A stretch of 64,000 nt of DNA from an uncultured delta proteobacterium (GTDB lineage Bacteria > Desulfobacterota > Binatia > Binatales > Binataceae). Under the pieces are notes generated by a model. It had not been told where the DNA came from and ran no database searches. It saw only the letters and a program-made list of their open reading frames with translations. This document shows, in pieces, positions 27,932 through 37,381 of the stretch. The translations under genes were made by a program, and so were the position numbers. Positions within the stretch are counted from its first letter, which is position 1. Every line of letters starts with the position of its first letter. The stretch is from positions 160,754-224,753 of the forward strand of contig CAVWLM010000002.1 in NCBI GenBank assembly GCA_963755905.1, written 5' to 3'.

Positions 27932-29835
27932 GCAAAACCCTCGAAGCTTATATCCGCGCGTTGTTCGAGGTCGGACGAGCTCGAATCGCCGGTGCGATCG
28001 CATTGATGTTTCTTTTTTCGGTCAGCGAGGGTGTCGGGATCGCGCTGCTCCTGCCGATCCTCCAGGCCTCCGGCTTCGACCTCGGCGCGCAGGGCACGGT
28101 TGGGCGCTACGCAAGAGCTTTCGATTCCGCGCTTGACTCTGTCGGCTTCCATCCGAGCCTGCTGTTGCTGCTGATGGTGTTCGCGGGATTGGTCGGGGCG
28201 CGGGCGCTTCTGGGGCGTTGGCAGATAGTCGCGATGGTCTCGGTGCAGCAGAATTTCGGCGCCCGTCTGCGTCAGGGACTGTACCACGCGATCGCCAACG
28301 CCAACTGGCTCGCGCTTTCGCGGATGCGCTCGTCGGACCTGGCTCACGCGCTGACGGCGGAGATAGACCGGGTCGAAGCCGCGACCTTCGAAGTGCTTAG
28401 CCTCGCCTCCTCGGCGCTGCTGTTCCTGCTCTATCTTGCGATCGCGCTTGCGGTCTCGGCGGGGATGACAGCGCTCGCGCTAGGTTGTGGAATCGTCCTT
28501 GTCGCATTGCTGCGCGGACGCGCGGCGCTTCTGCGCGGCGCAGGCGCCGACTTGTCGGAGCGGACCAAGGGACTGTACCGCGCCACGGTCGAGCATCTGC
28601 AGAGTCTCAAGGCAGCCAAAATGTACGGCCTGCAGGAGCGCAATGCCGAATCCTACGCGACGCTCAGCCGCGAGGTCTCCCGAGCCGGCGTCGATATCGA
28701 GCGCCAGCAGGCCGCCACCAACTCGCTCTTCGAGATTGGTTCGGTCGTGATCCTGGCTGCCGTGCTCTACGTCTCGATTCGCGTGCTGGGGGTCGCTCCG
28801 TTCGCGGTGCTGTTGCTGCTGGCGATGTTCGCGCGCGTGATGCCGCGCGTCATTCAATGCCATCAACTGTACCAGGAGTGCATGCATGCGCTGCCCGCGT
28901 TCGAGAACGTAAACGATCTGGCCGGGCGTTGCGCAGCGATGGCCGAGCCGGCGATCGTTCTCGCTCACGCGCTCGAATTTCGAAATTCGCTGAAGCTCGA
29001 GGGTGTCTCGTTCTCGTATCGGCGCGCGAATGACGCCGCATCCGCCAACCAGTCTGACCAATCGAGCCAATCTCCCCAATGGTCTCCCGCTCAATCCAAA
29101 AATCCGCCCGCGGTGCGCGATCTCGACCTGACGGTGCGTCTGGGTGAGGTCGTGGCGCTGGTCGGTCCTTCGGGTGCGGGCAAGAGCACGATTGCCGATT
29201 TGATGACGGGTTTGTTGCCGCCTGATTCGGGAAACGTCACAGTCGACGGCGTTGTGCTGGACGAAACCCGTGCGCGCGCTTGGCGCGAGCAGGTAGGTTA
29301 TGTCTCGCAAGACACCTACCTCTTTCACGACACTGTGCGGGCCAATCTGCTGTGGGCAAGGCCGCAGGCGAGCGAGGCCGAATTGCGCGAGGCGCTCGGC
29401 CTCGCCGCGGCGCAACAATTCGTCGACGCTCTGGCGGAGGGACTCGACACGGTAATCGGCGAGCGGGGCTCGTCGATTTCGCACGGTGAGCGCCAGCGTA
29501 TCGCGCTCGCGCGGGCGCTGTTGCGCCGGCCTCGTTTGCTCATCCTCGACGAGGCGACCAACAGCCTCGACGCGCACAACGAGCAGCGAATCCTTGACGC
29601 GATCGAACGGCTACGTGGCGATCTGACCATCGTGATGATCGCGCATCGGATTGCGGCCGTGCGGCGGGCCGACCGGATCAACGTAGTGGACGGCGGTTCG
29701 ATCGTGGAATCGGGGAGTTGGAATGAACTATGCGCTCGAGAGCATGGGCGCTTTCGAGCGTTATGCGAGAGCCAGGGAATCGCACCCGTGCCGCTGGCCC
29801 CGGCGGCGCCTCCGTCAATAGGCCGTCTGGCATAA
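27928..29835 (+). CDS. ABC transporter, fused permease/ATPase exporter (lasso McjD-like)
   Basis: Six-TM domain followed by an NBD (GPSGAGKST Walker A, ILDEATNSLD Walker B, IAHR H-loop). GTG start overlapping the upstream stop. Confidence 0.8.
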   Translation: MSKTLEAYIRALFEVGRARIAGAIALMFLFSVSEGVGIALLLPILQASGFDLGAQGTVGRYARAFDSALDSVGFHPSLLLLLMVFAGLVGARALLGRWQIVAMVSVQQNFGARLRQGLYHAIANANWLALSRMRSSDLAHALTAEIDRVEAATFEVLSLASSALLFLLYLAIALAVSAGMTALALGCGIVLVALLRGRAALLRGAGADLSERTKGLYRATVEHLQSLKAAKMYGLQERNAESYATLSREVSRAGVDIERQQAATNSLFEIGSVVILAAVLYVSIRVLGVAPFAVLLLLAMFARVMPRVIQCHQLYQECMHALPAFENVNDLAGRCAAMAEPAIVLAHALEFRNSLKLEGVSFSYRRANDAASANQSDQSSQSPQWSPAQSKNPPAVRDLDLTVRLGEVVALVGPSGAGKSTIADLMTGLLPPDSGNVTVDGVVLDETRARAWREQVGYVSQDTYLFHDTVRANLLWARPQASEAELREALGLAAAQQFVDALAEGLDTVIGERGSSISHGERQRIALARALLRRPRLLILDEATNSLDAHNEQRILDAIERLRGDLTIVMIAHRIAAVRRADRINVVDGGSIVESGSWNELCAREHGRFRALCESQGIAPVPLAPAAPPSIGRLA

Positions 29836-29948
29836 GCTGGAAATCCTGATTCCCGAAGCGCGTCGGCATCCAGGCGCGCAATCATTGGAAGAGGCGAGCG
29901 GAGTCTTTTCGGCCAATCAGTCCTTTATCCGGTCGGAGCGGCTGTCGC

Positions 29949-31370
29949 TTAGCCCAGGTGCGGTACCGATCCGGGTGCCGCCTCGAGCACGGCCGCACGC
30001 CACTCGCGCTTGATCGGCAGGATCGGTGGCATCGGCGCAAAATCCGGCTCCGGCGTAGGCGCGGCGATCGAATCGATGTTCAAGGTGCGCGAAGCTTTCC
30101 GCATGAAGAGATTATAGATCAGCCATTGCGCGCGATGCCGCCTGCCGCGCAACGGAAATCGGCTGGCCATCGAAGACGCCGAATAAAAATTTGCGTAAGC
30201 GCGCTCCAGGCCGATACGAAGCTCGTCCGCCGACATCTGCGCCGGCTGAAATACGACGTGGCCTTGATCGTACATCGTCCAGTCGAAGGAAACGATTCGG
30301 TTCGCCTTCTTCATCTCGTACCAGGTGAGCGTGCCCGGATAGGGCGTGAGCGCCGAATAGGCACAGGCATCGAATTTGGCGCCGACATTGAAGGCGACCG
30401 TTTCGTCGAAGACCGATCGATCGTCGCCGTCGAAGCCATACATGAACAACCCGAATACCATGATCCCGTATGAATGCACTTTCTCGACCAACGCGGCGAA
30501 GGTCTCGGGCCGATTGACGTGCTTGTGTACGCTTTCGAGCGTCGCGCGTGCGATCGACTCGAAGCCGATGCTCAACATCGTGCAACCGCTTTCGGCGGCG
30601 AGCTCGAGCATGCGATCGTCCTGCGCCAGTTTAGAGGTGACGCCGGCTTGCCATTGGATGCCGCGTCCTTTCAGCGCACGCATCACTTCCTTGGGACGCT
30701 CCGAGGTGCCGAAAAAGTCAGCGTCGTTGATCGAGACCGTGCGCGAGCCGCAGTTCTCCATCTCGTAAATGACCTCATCGACCGGCCGATAGCGGAATTT
30801 CAGGCCGTTCATGAGCGGTTCGGCGCAGAAAGTGCAGCCCTGGTGGCAGCCGCGCGAAGTCTGAACAAAGGTGCGGTTCACGTAACGGTTCTTTTTCAGC
30901 AAATCGTAACGCGGCATCGGCATCCCGGCCATCGGATGCAACGTATCCGACTTATACGTGCCTCGCATCGAGTGCTGCTCGAGGTCATCGAGCAGCTTTC
31001 CGATAACGAACTCGACCTCGCCGATAACGACGGCATCGCAATGCTTCAGCGCTTCCTGCGGCATGAAGCTTGGATGCACACCGCCCATCGCGACGGGCAC
31101 GCCTTTGGCGCGGAATCGGTCCGCGATTTCATAGCCGCGATTGACGTAACTGGTCATCGCGGAAATCCCGACGAGGTCCGCTTTCAAATCGAAATCGATC
31201 GTTTCGATGTTTTCGTCCGTAAGCACCACTTCGTACTGGTCCCGCGGAATGGACGCGGCGACCGCGAGTAAGCCTGCGAGCGGAGAATAGAGTGCGCGGT
31301 TCATGTATACCGGCCGAGTGGTAACAGAATCGGTCTTCGGATTAATAAGATGAATGATGCGAGTGCGCAC
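29949..31370 (-). CDS. B12-binding domain radical SAM protein
   Basis: N-terminal B12-binding region (DLVGISAMTSY) and SRGCHQGCTFCAE, a CxxxCxxC motif. GTG start with a GGAGA RBS. Confidence 0.8.
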   Translation of the reverse strand: MRTRIIHLINPKTDSVTTRPVYMNRALYSPLAGLLAVAASIPRDQYEVVLTDENIETIDFDLKADLVGISAMTSYVNRGYEIADRFRAKGVPVAMGGVHPSFMPQEALKHCDAVVIGEVEFVIGKLLDDLEQHSMRGTYKSDTLHPMAGMPMPRYDLLKKNRYVNRTFVQTSRGCHQGCTFCAEPLMNGLKFRYRPVDEVIYEMENCGSRTVSINDADFFGTSERPKEVMRALKGRGIQWQAGVTSKLAQDDRMLELAAESGCTMLSIGFESIARATLESVHKHVNRPETFAALVEKVHSYGIMVFGLFMYGFDGDDRSVFDETVAFNVGAKFDACAYSALTPYPGTLTWYEMKKANRIVSFDWTMYDQGHVVFQPAQMSADELRIGLERAYANFYSASSMASRFPLRGRRHRAQWLIYNLFMRKASRTLNIDSIAAPTPEPDFAPMPPILPIKREWRAAVLEAAPGSVPHLG

Positions 31371-31933
31371 TAGGTTCTCCTGTACTTACTATCCGAAGTT
31401 ATAGCCACTAGCGGGTATCGATAATTGCAGAGAAAAAGACCCATCGCTTCGGTTGCCCAGACTCTCACTCCCAAAGAATCCATCGAGGACGTATGAGAAT
31501 TTATCAGATTGCCAGTCGGTCCGATACCGAGCGCTCGAAGTGTGAAGCCTGGAAGCTTTAGGGGACGACGATCAGGCGAGCGATAAATATGCGACGTTCG
31601 GATAATTTGACAGTTATCCGTGAAGTGTCCATGAACAGTCCGGATTCCGGCACTACCTTAACGCGCTTCAAAGCGTATGGAAGGAAGAATTTTATACCCG
31701 GAATTAATTACACGGGGAGCATCAATTGCGGGTCGCCCGTAGTTGAGAAAAGGGCGCAAGTTCCATCTCCCACAGAACAAATACGCGCTGGCACAGTGTG
31801 TGCGTTCTCACCGAAACGAACGTCGAGTCACTACGAATCATCGGGTGACAAGCCAGGCGATTTGTCTGCATCCGCTTTAATCGAATCGGATGCGGAAAGT
31901 TTGTTCAGAATCCGCGGTTAGCCGCGGGAGGAG

Positions 31934-32158
31934 ATGAGACCGATGAAATATCCAAACAGGTTCGTTCGAATTCTTTTAAGCGCAACCGTATGTTTCGCGA
32001 TGGCAGGATGCTTTTCCTACAGCAAAGAGGAAAGCACCGCGGTTCCGACCGTCGAGACGCCTGCGACGACCTCGTCGACTACGACTACAACCACGGTTCC
32101 GGACACCAGTACGACGATAGAGAAGCGTACTACCACGACATTTCCCAGCAATCCGTAG
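31934..32158 (+). CDS. Small Thr-rich lipoprotein
   Basis: Lipobox FAMAGC followed by TTSSTTTTTTVPDTSTT. GGGAGGAG RBS. Confidence 0.5.
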   Translation: MRPMKYPNRFVRILLSATVCFAMAGCFSYSKEESTAVPTVETPATTSSTTTTTTVPDTSTTIEKRTTTTFPSNP

Positions 32159-32257
32159 CTCGTCGCTGGAATGTGAGCGAGCGGCACTTGCTGGATATCG
32201 AGGCCGAGCATCGCGTTGGTGTTACAGGTGCGCGGCGCTTTGCGGGAGTGAAGTGAG

Positions 32258-32683
32258 ATGAGGGATACCAGCAATCACAGTTGGCAGCGATCGCTTGCGG
32301 TACGGCTGATACTCGGCGGGATGGGCGTCAGCGGGATGACCGTCACTATGGTGAGCGCGCGTGCCATAGCCCAGACGACCGTGAACAGCGAGAGTATGCA
32401 TCAAGAGAACCTGTCAGCGCATAGCGTCGAGAGTCATCACTATGCCTCGCCGGCGGATCGCGCGCGGGATGCGCTGTTGATTGTGAAGGTCAAGGCCGCG
32501 ATTGCCGATGAGGGGCTGGCTGATAACTATCCGCTGACCGTCGACGCCGATCATGGGAGAGTGACTCTTACTGGCGTCCTCGCTTCTCCCCAGGACGTGC
32601 GGCGCGCGGTCACCCTGGTGGCCAGGATTGACGGCGTGACGGGCGTGAACAACCGGCTAACGTGGCAGAAAGGTCCGCAGTGA
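32258..32683 (+). CDS. BON-domain protein (OsmY-like)
   Basis: VKAAIADEGLADNYPLTVDADHGRVTLTGVLASPQDVRRAVTLVARIDGVTGVNNRL is a BON domain. Confidence 0.7.
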   Translation: MRDTSNHSWQRSLAVRLILGGMGVSGMTVTMVSARAIAQTTVNSESMHQENLSAHSVESHHYASPADRARDALLIVKVKAAIADEGLADNYPLTVDADHGRVTLTGVLASPQDVRRAVTLVARIDGVTGVNNRLTWQKGPQ

Positions 32684-32754
32684 CGTCCAGGAACAAACGC
32701 GCAAGAGATCAGCTAATCCGAGCGAGCGGTTGCCGCTCGGCTAAGGAGAGTCCA

Positions 32755-33108
32755 ATGAAATCCCCAATTCTCAAGGTTCTGTCGGCGGCCCTCGGTCTAA
32801 GTGCTTTGCTGGCGGCAGGATGCGTCAGCCATGAGGAGAAGACCACGGCCTATGTACCGCCCGCTCCGGTGGCGGTTGTACCGGCGCCAACCGTGGTGGT
32901 GACCGCGCCGCGGCCCGCCCCGGCGAGCGTCCAGCCTGACGTCAGCTCCACCAGTCAGACCACCGAAACATACAACGCCACAAGCTCCGACAACGCGTCC
33001 AATCCCAGTGGCGACAGCACCACAACCAGCTATCGGCAGCACAGTGAGTCGAGCACGGTTAAAACAGTGCCGGTTCCTCCTCCGCCTTCGGTCACCACAA
33101 TTTACTAG
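32755..33108 (+). CDS. Ser/Thr/Pro-rich lipoprotein
   Basis: MKSPILKVLSAALGLSALLAAGC lipobox. AAGGAGAG RBS. Confidence 0.55.
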   Translation: MKSPILKVLSAALGLSALLAAGCVSHEEKTTAYVPPAPVAVVPAPTVVVTAPRPAPASVQPDVSSTSQTTETYNATSSDNASNPSGDSTTTSYRQHSESSTVKTVPVPPPPSVTTIY

Positions 33109-33388
33109 AAGCGCGAACAGGCCTAATCCCCGGCGCAGTGAACAAGACGCTGCGTTACGATCCGTCGGTTGCGACGTGGCGCCGGATGGTCCGGCGTCAT
33201 GTCACGCTCGATGGCGTCGATTTGCGCTCGGCCGGCTTGAAGCGCGAATCGCATTGGAAGATTTGATAACCTGCTTTTCGGATTTGAGGATCGACAGGAG
33301 CCGCAACATTTCCTTCCGTCGAACACCTCATTTCGTGGGCCCCAGGAGCTTTGGGTCCGAGCTCGATCTGGGAATTGCAGGTAACGGC

Positions 33389-34075
33389 ATGCGCGCCGCG
33401 GAACGCGATAAGTTGTTGTTGACTCTGGCGATCACTTCGGGTTCCGCCGACGGATGGAGCTACATGGGACTGGGGCATGCCTTTGTAGCTAATATGACCG
33501 GAAATACGGTGCTGCTGGGTATCGCGACATTCGGTGAACGTCTCAATCTATTACCTCCGTTGATTTCGCTGGTGTGCTACGCAGCCGGAGTCGCTATCGG
33601 ATCCTTGGTCACTCGCAAGGTAAAGCAGAGTTCGATCTGGTCGAAGTCCATTTCCCTGGTCCTGTTTTTTGAATTTCTTCTGTTGGTCGCGGCAGAGGCA
33701 ACATGGATCAGATCCGGAGGAAGGCCGAATCCGATGACGAAAGCCCTGCTGCTCGGCGACGTTGCCACAGCCATTGGACTTCAGAGCGGCGCTATGTTGC
33801 CGCTTAAGCTGCCAGGCATCATTACCACTTACATCACAGGCACCTGGACCACGCTGGTGAGCGGCCTTGTGTTGATGGGCAGCGGACAGGAACGTGTGCA
33901 CGGTAACCAGGCCGCCTTCGAGGATCGTCTCATAATTCAGATTGTATTCCTGGTCATTTACTTCTTATCGGCGGTGGCGACAGGATGGATCTTCCGTTAT
34001 AAGCCGGAGTTAGTAGGGGTAATAGCCTCGACTCCGATCCTGGTCGTCGTGGCTTACGGAGCGTTGCGGAATTAG
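33389..34075 (+). CDS. DUF1275 (YoaK-like) membrane protein
   Basis: Multi-TM. GWSYMGLGHAFVANMTGNTVLLGIA matches the DUF1275 N-terminus. Confidence 0.6.
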   Translation: MRAAERDKLLLTLAITSGSADGWSYMGLGHAFVANMTGNTVLLGIATFGERLNLLPPLISLVCYAAGVAIGSLVTRKVKQSSIWSKSISLVLFFEFLLLVAAEATWIRSGGRPNPMTKALLLGDVATAIGLQSGAMLPLKLPGIITTYITGTWTTLVSGLVLMGSGQERVHGNQAAFEDRLIIQIVFLVIYFLSAVATGWIFRYKPELVGVIASTPILVVVAYGALRN

Positions 34076-34247
34076 CTTGTGACTCGAGCGTTCCAGCCGC
34101 TCTTTCCTCGCACGATGCCTCCGCGGCTTGCCCCCTTGCGCGGCTAGATTCCGTCTTTGCGCGACACCTCGTCGCTCCAGCTTCGCGATGAAGGACTGAG
34201 AGGGACTCGACTCTGGCTCATCCGCGGATCGTTAGGCGGGCCGCGAC

Positions 34248-35432
34248 TTGACGTCGAGTTCGATGAGCGGCTACGAATCGGATGTTTTGAAAGTCAGCAA
34301 AGACATTCCGGAGCAATCGACCGGCTGCCATCGGAATTCGGAGCGATATTTCAAGCCCCTGATGTATCTGCTTGCCGCGTTGGCGGCATACGTGAGTGGG
34401 GCCAACATGCATTTGGGCTACGCCTATGCAGCGGATGCACCCGCGCAGGCTGGCCTGACCGTGCCCCAGGTCAATTCGCTACTGACCCCACCCGGTCGGG
34501 ACGGCGAGAAGGTCCCGATCCAGGTCGCGTTGGACGTTATCAATTTGTCCGACATAGATGAGGTCACTCAGCGTTTCAGGGTCGTAGCCTACCTGCTGGC
34601 TAAATGGACGGATCCCCGCCTCGCGTTCACTCCAAAGGCCGCATGGGAGAAATTTCGAGTTTATCACCCTGACGAAGTATGGACGCCGCATTTCGATTTC
34701 GCCAACGGCGTCGTGCCGCACTCCGCGTCTGACGTCACCCTGCGGGTCTTTCCCGATGGGACGGTCAAATATTTCGAACGTTCCAGCGCCGAGCTTTCCA
34801 ATAGTTTTCATCTTCGCCGTTTTCCATTCGATCGGCAGCGCCTGGAAATACTTATTCATCCGCCGCTCAGCGAAGCCGCGCTGGTACATTTCCTCGGCAC
34901 AGCCAATGGACCGTCGATTAGTGTGGAGAGACGAGTCTATTCGTCTCTGGCGGAATGGGCGATCGTAGGAATCCTGGCAAATGCCGAACTAATTCCCGTA
35001 TTCGGCACGGACACCACAAGCCAGATGCGATTCACAATCCAGGTCAAACGAAAGTTCAACTTCTATATATGGAAGGTATTCTTCCCCTTGCTACTCATGG
35101 TGCTCCTTTCGTGGACAGTCTTCTGGATCGACAGCTCGGAGCTAAGCAGTCAGGTTACTATCTCGGTCACGACGGTTCTCACCGTTATCGCCTTCGCATT
35201 TGCGATCTCGACCAACTTGCCGAAGGTTCCATACCTGACCTTTATCGACGTGTTTTTCTTGAGCTGCTACGTGTTTGTCTTTATCACAGCCATCGAACTC
35301 ACCCTGGTACACCTCGCCGGTCGGAGCAAACGCGACAAGATGGGAGAAGCTATTCGGCGCTTCAGCAGGATCGGCTTGCCCGTGCTATTCGTCCTCACCA
35401 ACCTGCTGACGATCGCGGTCTACTTCGGTTAG
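34248..35432 (+). CDS. Pentameric ligand-gated ion channel (prokaryotic Cys-loop receptor family)
   Basis: Extracellular LBD motifs (VINLSDIDEVTQRFRVVAYLLAKWTDPRL) followed by four TM helices. A probable signal peptide starts at M 34362. Confidence 0.75.
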   Translation: MTSSSMSGYESDVLKVSKDIPEQSTGCHRNSERYFKPLMYLLAALAAYVSGANMHLGYAYAADAPAQAGLTVPQVNSLLTPPGRDGEKVPIQVALDVINLSDIDEVTQRFRVVAYLLAKWTDPRLAFTPKAAWEKFRVYHPDEVWTPHFDFANGVVPHSASDVTLRVFPDGTVKYFERSSAELSNSFHLRRFPFDRQRLEILIHPPLSEAALVHFLGTANGPSISVERRVYSSLAEWAIVGILANAELIPVFGTDTTSQMRFTIQVKRKFNFYIWKVFFPLLLMVLLSWTVFWIDSSELSSQVTISVTTVLTVIAFAFAISTNLPKVPYLTFIDVFFLSCYVFVFITAIELTLVHLAGRSKRDKMGEAIRRFSRIGLPVLFVLTNLLTIAVYFG

Positions 35433-35680
35433 TTGCGACGCGCACGGCGCGCTGGCTTCGCGAACAAGGAGGAACGCTATGAGGCCGCGGATCGGCATCA
35501 AAAGACTGACCCGCGCGATCGAAGCTGAGGTGAGAGGAATGAGGTCGTCGGCGTCTCGGGCGAATATTAGTTGAGAGCGATGCACCGTCGTTGCATTACG
35601 CCATACCAAGTGATTGATCAGGGTGGGGATCAAGCCGAAAAGACTTCGCAATGCTCGAACACGTTGGGGGGAGAACGCGT

Positions 35681-36832
35681 ATGCGCCCGTGCATAATCAT
35701 ACCAGGGATTCAGGGTTCCGCACTACAGAATGTGTATCCGCTCTCGCCGCTAACGACCTGGTCTACTTTGACTATCGTCGGGGAAAAGTTCGCAGCGCCT
35801 GATTTCGACAGTCTAGCGCTCGATGACGCTGCGATGGCGGACCGTGATGAGCACGTCGTCAGCCGACCGTCACAATTGCTCGAAATCGCGTACGGACCGC
35901 TGACCCAGGCGCTTCAAGGACGGCTGGACGTGCCGGCGTATCTGTTTCCATATGACTGGCGCTATTCGATCGCGCAGAGCGCGCAGGCGCTGGTTCAATA
36001 TGTCAACCGTTTGAAGTTAAAGTCGATGCCGTCAGTTCAAAAATGGGACGGCCTGTTTGATTTCGCGGTTCACAGCATGGGAGGCCTTGTTCTGAGGGCT
36101 TTTCTGGACGCCTGGCAAAGATCGGGCGCAGCGCCGTTACCCATCGGACAGATCTGTTTTATAGCAACGCCGCATCTCGGCGCGCTCGACGCGGCCGTGG
36201 CGCTGATCAGCGGTGAGACGCCATTGTTCGGCGGCTACAAAGAATTGCGAAAGCTCGCAAGGACTTTCCCCGCAGTATATGAGCTTCTACCTCGTTTTCC
36301 CAATGCGATAGTGCGAGCCGGAGCGCCGATCGATATCTTCGACGTGAAGAACTGGCAAAAGAATACCGTGGATCCTGACGTCGGCAATAGTGGATTCGAC
36401 GTTGAACCGGTTCATCTAATCGCCGCGAAAAGAGTCCTGACAACGCTGCCACTGCCGAGTGACCCGCCGTTCAAGATTCTTCCCGGCGATCAGCTTGTGA
36501 TCTTCGGTAATAAACCCAACGCGGTAATGGTTGAGGTCCAGGTGGGACCGGCCCCGGACTGCTGGTACGACTTCGATGGTGCGACCAAGGGCGCCGGCGA
36601 CGATGTGGTGCCAGTGCAGTCGGCGCGGCTCGCGGGTGTATCGTCGGTGGAGATTCAGGAAGACGATGTTTCTTATTTCCACCCGGTCGAGCGCGGTATG
36701 GCCTCATCCGATATGCACGCGTTTCTTCCTGCGCTCGACGAGGTCGCGACGATCGTCGCGCGATTCTTTCAGGGAGAGCGGGGGCTGGACCTGCTGCCCA
36801 AAGGCCTGCCGAGCTCTAGATTCCATCCCTGA
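35681..36832 (+). CDS. Alpha/beta-hydrolase lipase (LCAT/PGAP1-like)
   Basis: AVHSMGG is a GxSxG nucleophile elbow. Confidence 0.55.
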   Translation: MRPCIIIPGIQGSALQNVYPLSPLTTWSTLTIVGEKFAAPDFDSLALDDAAMADRDEHVVSRPSQLLEIAYGPLTQALQGRLDVPAYLFPYDWRYSIAQSAQALVQYVNRLKLKSMPSVQKWDGLFDFAVHSMGGLVLRAFLDAWQRSGAAPLPIGQICFIATPHLGALDAAVALISGETPLFGGYKELRKLARTFPAVYELLPRFPNAIVRAGAPIDIFDVKNWQKNTVDPDVGNSGFDVEPVHLIAAKRVLTTLPLPSDPPFKILPGDQLVIFGNKPNAVMVEVQVGPAPDCWYDFDGATKGAGDDVVPVQSARLAGVSSVEIQEDDVSYFHPVERGMASSDMHAFLPALDEVATIVARFFQGERGLDLLPKGLPSSRFHP

Positions 36833-37381
36833 CGCTGGGACTTTGCCGCTCTACAAGGAGCAAGAGCCGATAGCCCGGACCGCAGATCTCTCCTAACTCG
36901 AGCACGTGTTCTTGAATCTCGCCTGAGCGCGGAGCCATCGAAATCTGGCACCGCGACTATAACTTTGCGACCGCATGGCAGTCTCGGCGCCTTCACGCCA
37001 AACGAGTTCGCGATGCTCCAGGGACACGAACTACAACCTCGAGTTTTCAATATAGACGAGCGACCCGGCCTCTAAAGTCATACGAACTTTCTGATTGTCT
37101 TCGGAGCATATGAATAAGGTAGGAGTCAAAAAGGTCTATTTGGCGACAAGGCGTAAAATAGGAGGTTTTAATTCTTTATTTAAGAGTGAAACCTGCAAAA
37201 ATGTCAAACGTACTAAGGTGAGCAAAAATGAGCGAGCCATAGAAGATCAGCTGAATACGGATGACCACTGATAGAGGTGGGCTTTGTGACGACTTGAGTC
37301 GCAGACATTCGGTACGGCTCAGTCCAAAGGGTCTGTCTCAACACCGCAGACCAACCACCTCAAAATTAAGGCGTAGTCCCG

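Noticed and set aside
28480-29577. 365-aa minus-strand ORF, and the 182-aa plus-strand ORF at 28485-29033
   Set aside because: Alternative frames inside the well-supported ABC exporter gene.
33008-34075. 355-aa version of the DUF1275 ORF
   Set aside because: The 5' extension overlaps the lipoprotein gene and lacks hydrophobic or conserved character. Start reassigned to 33389.
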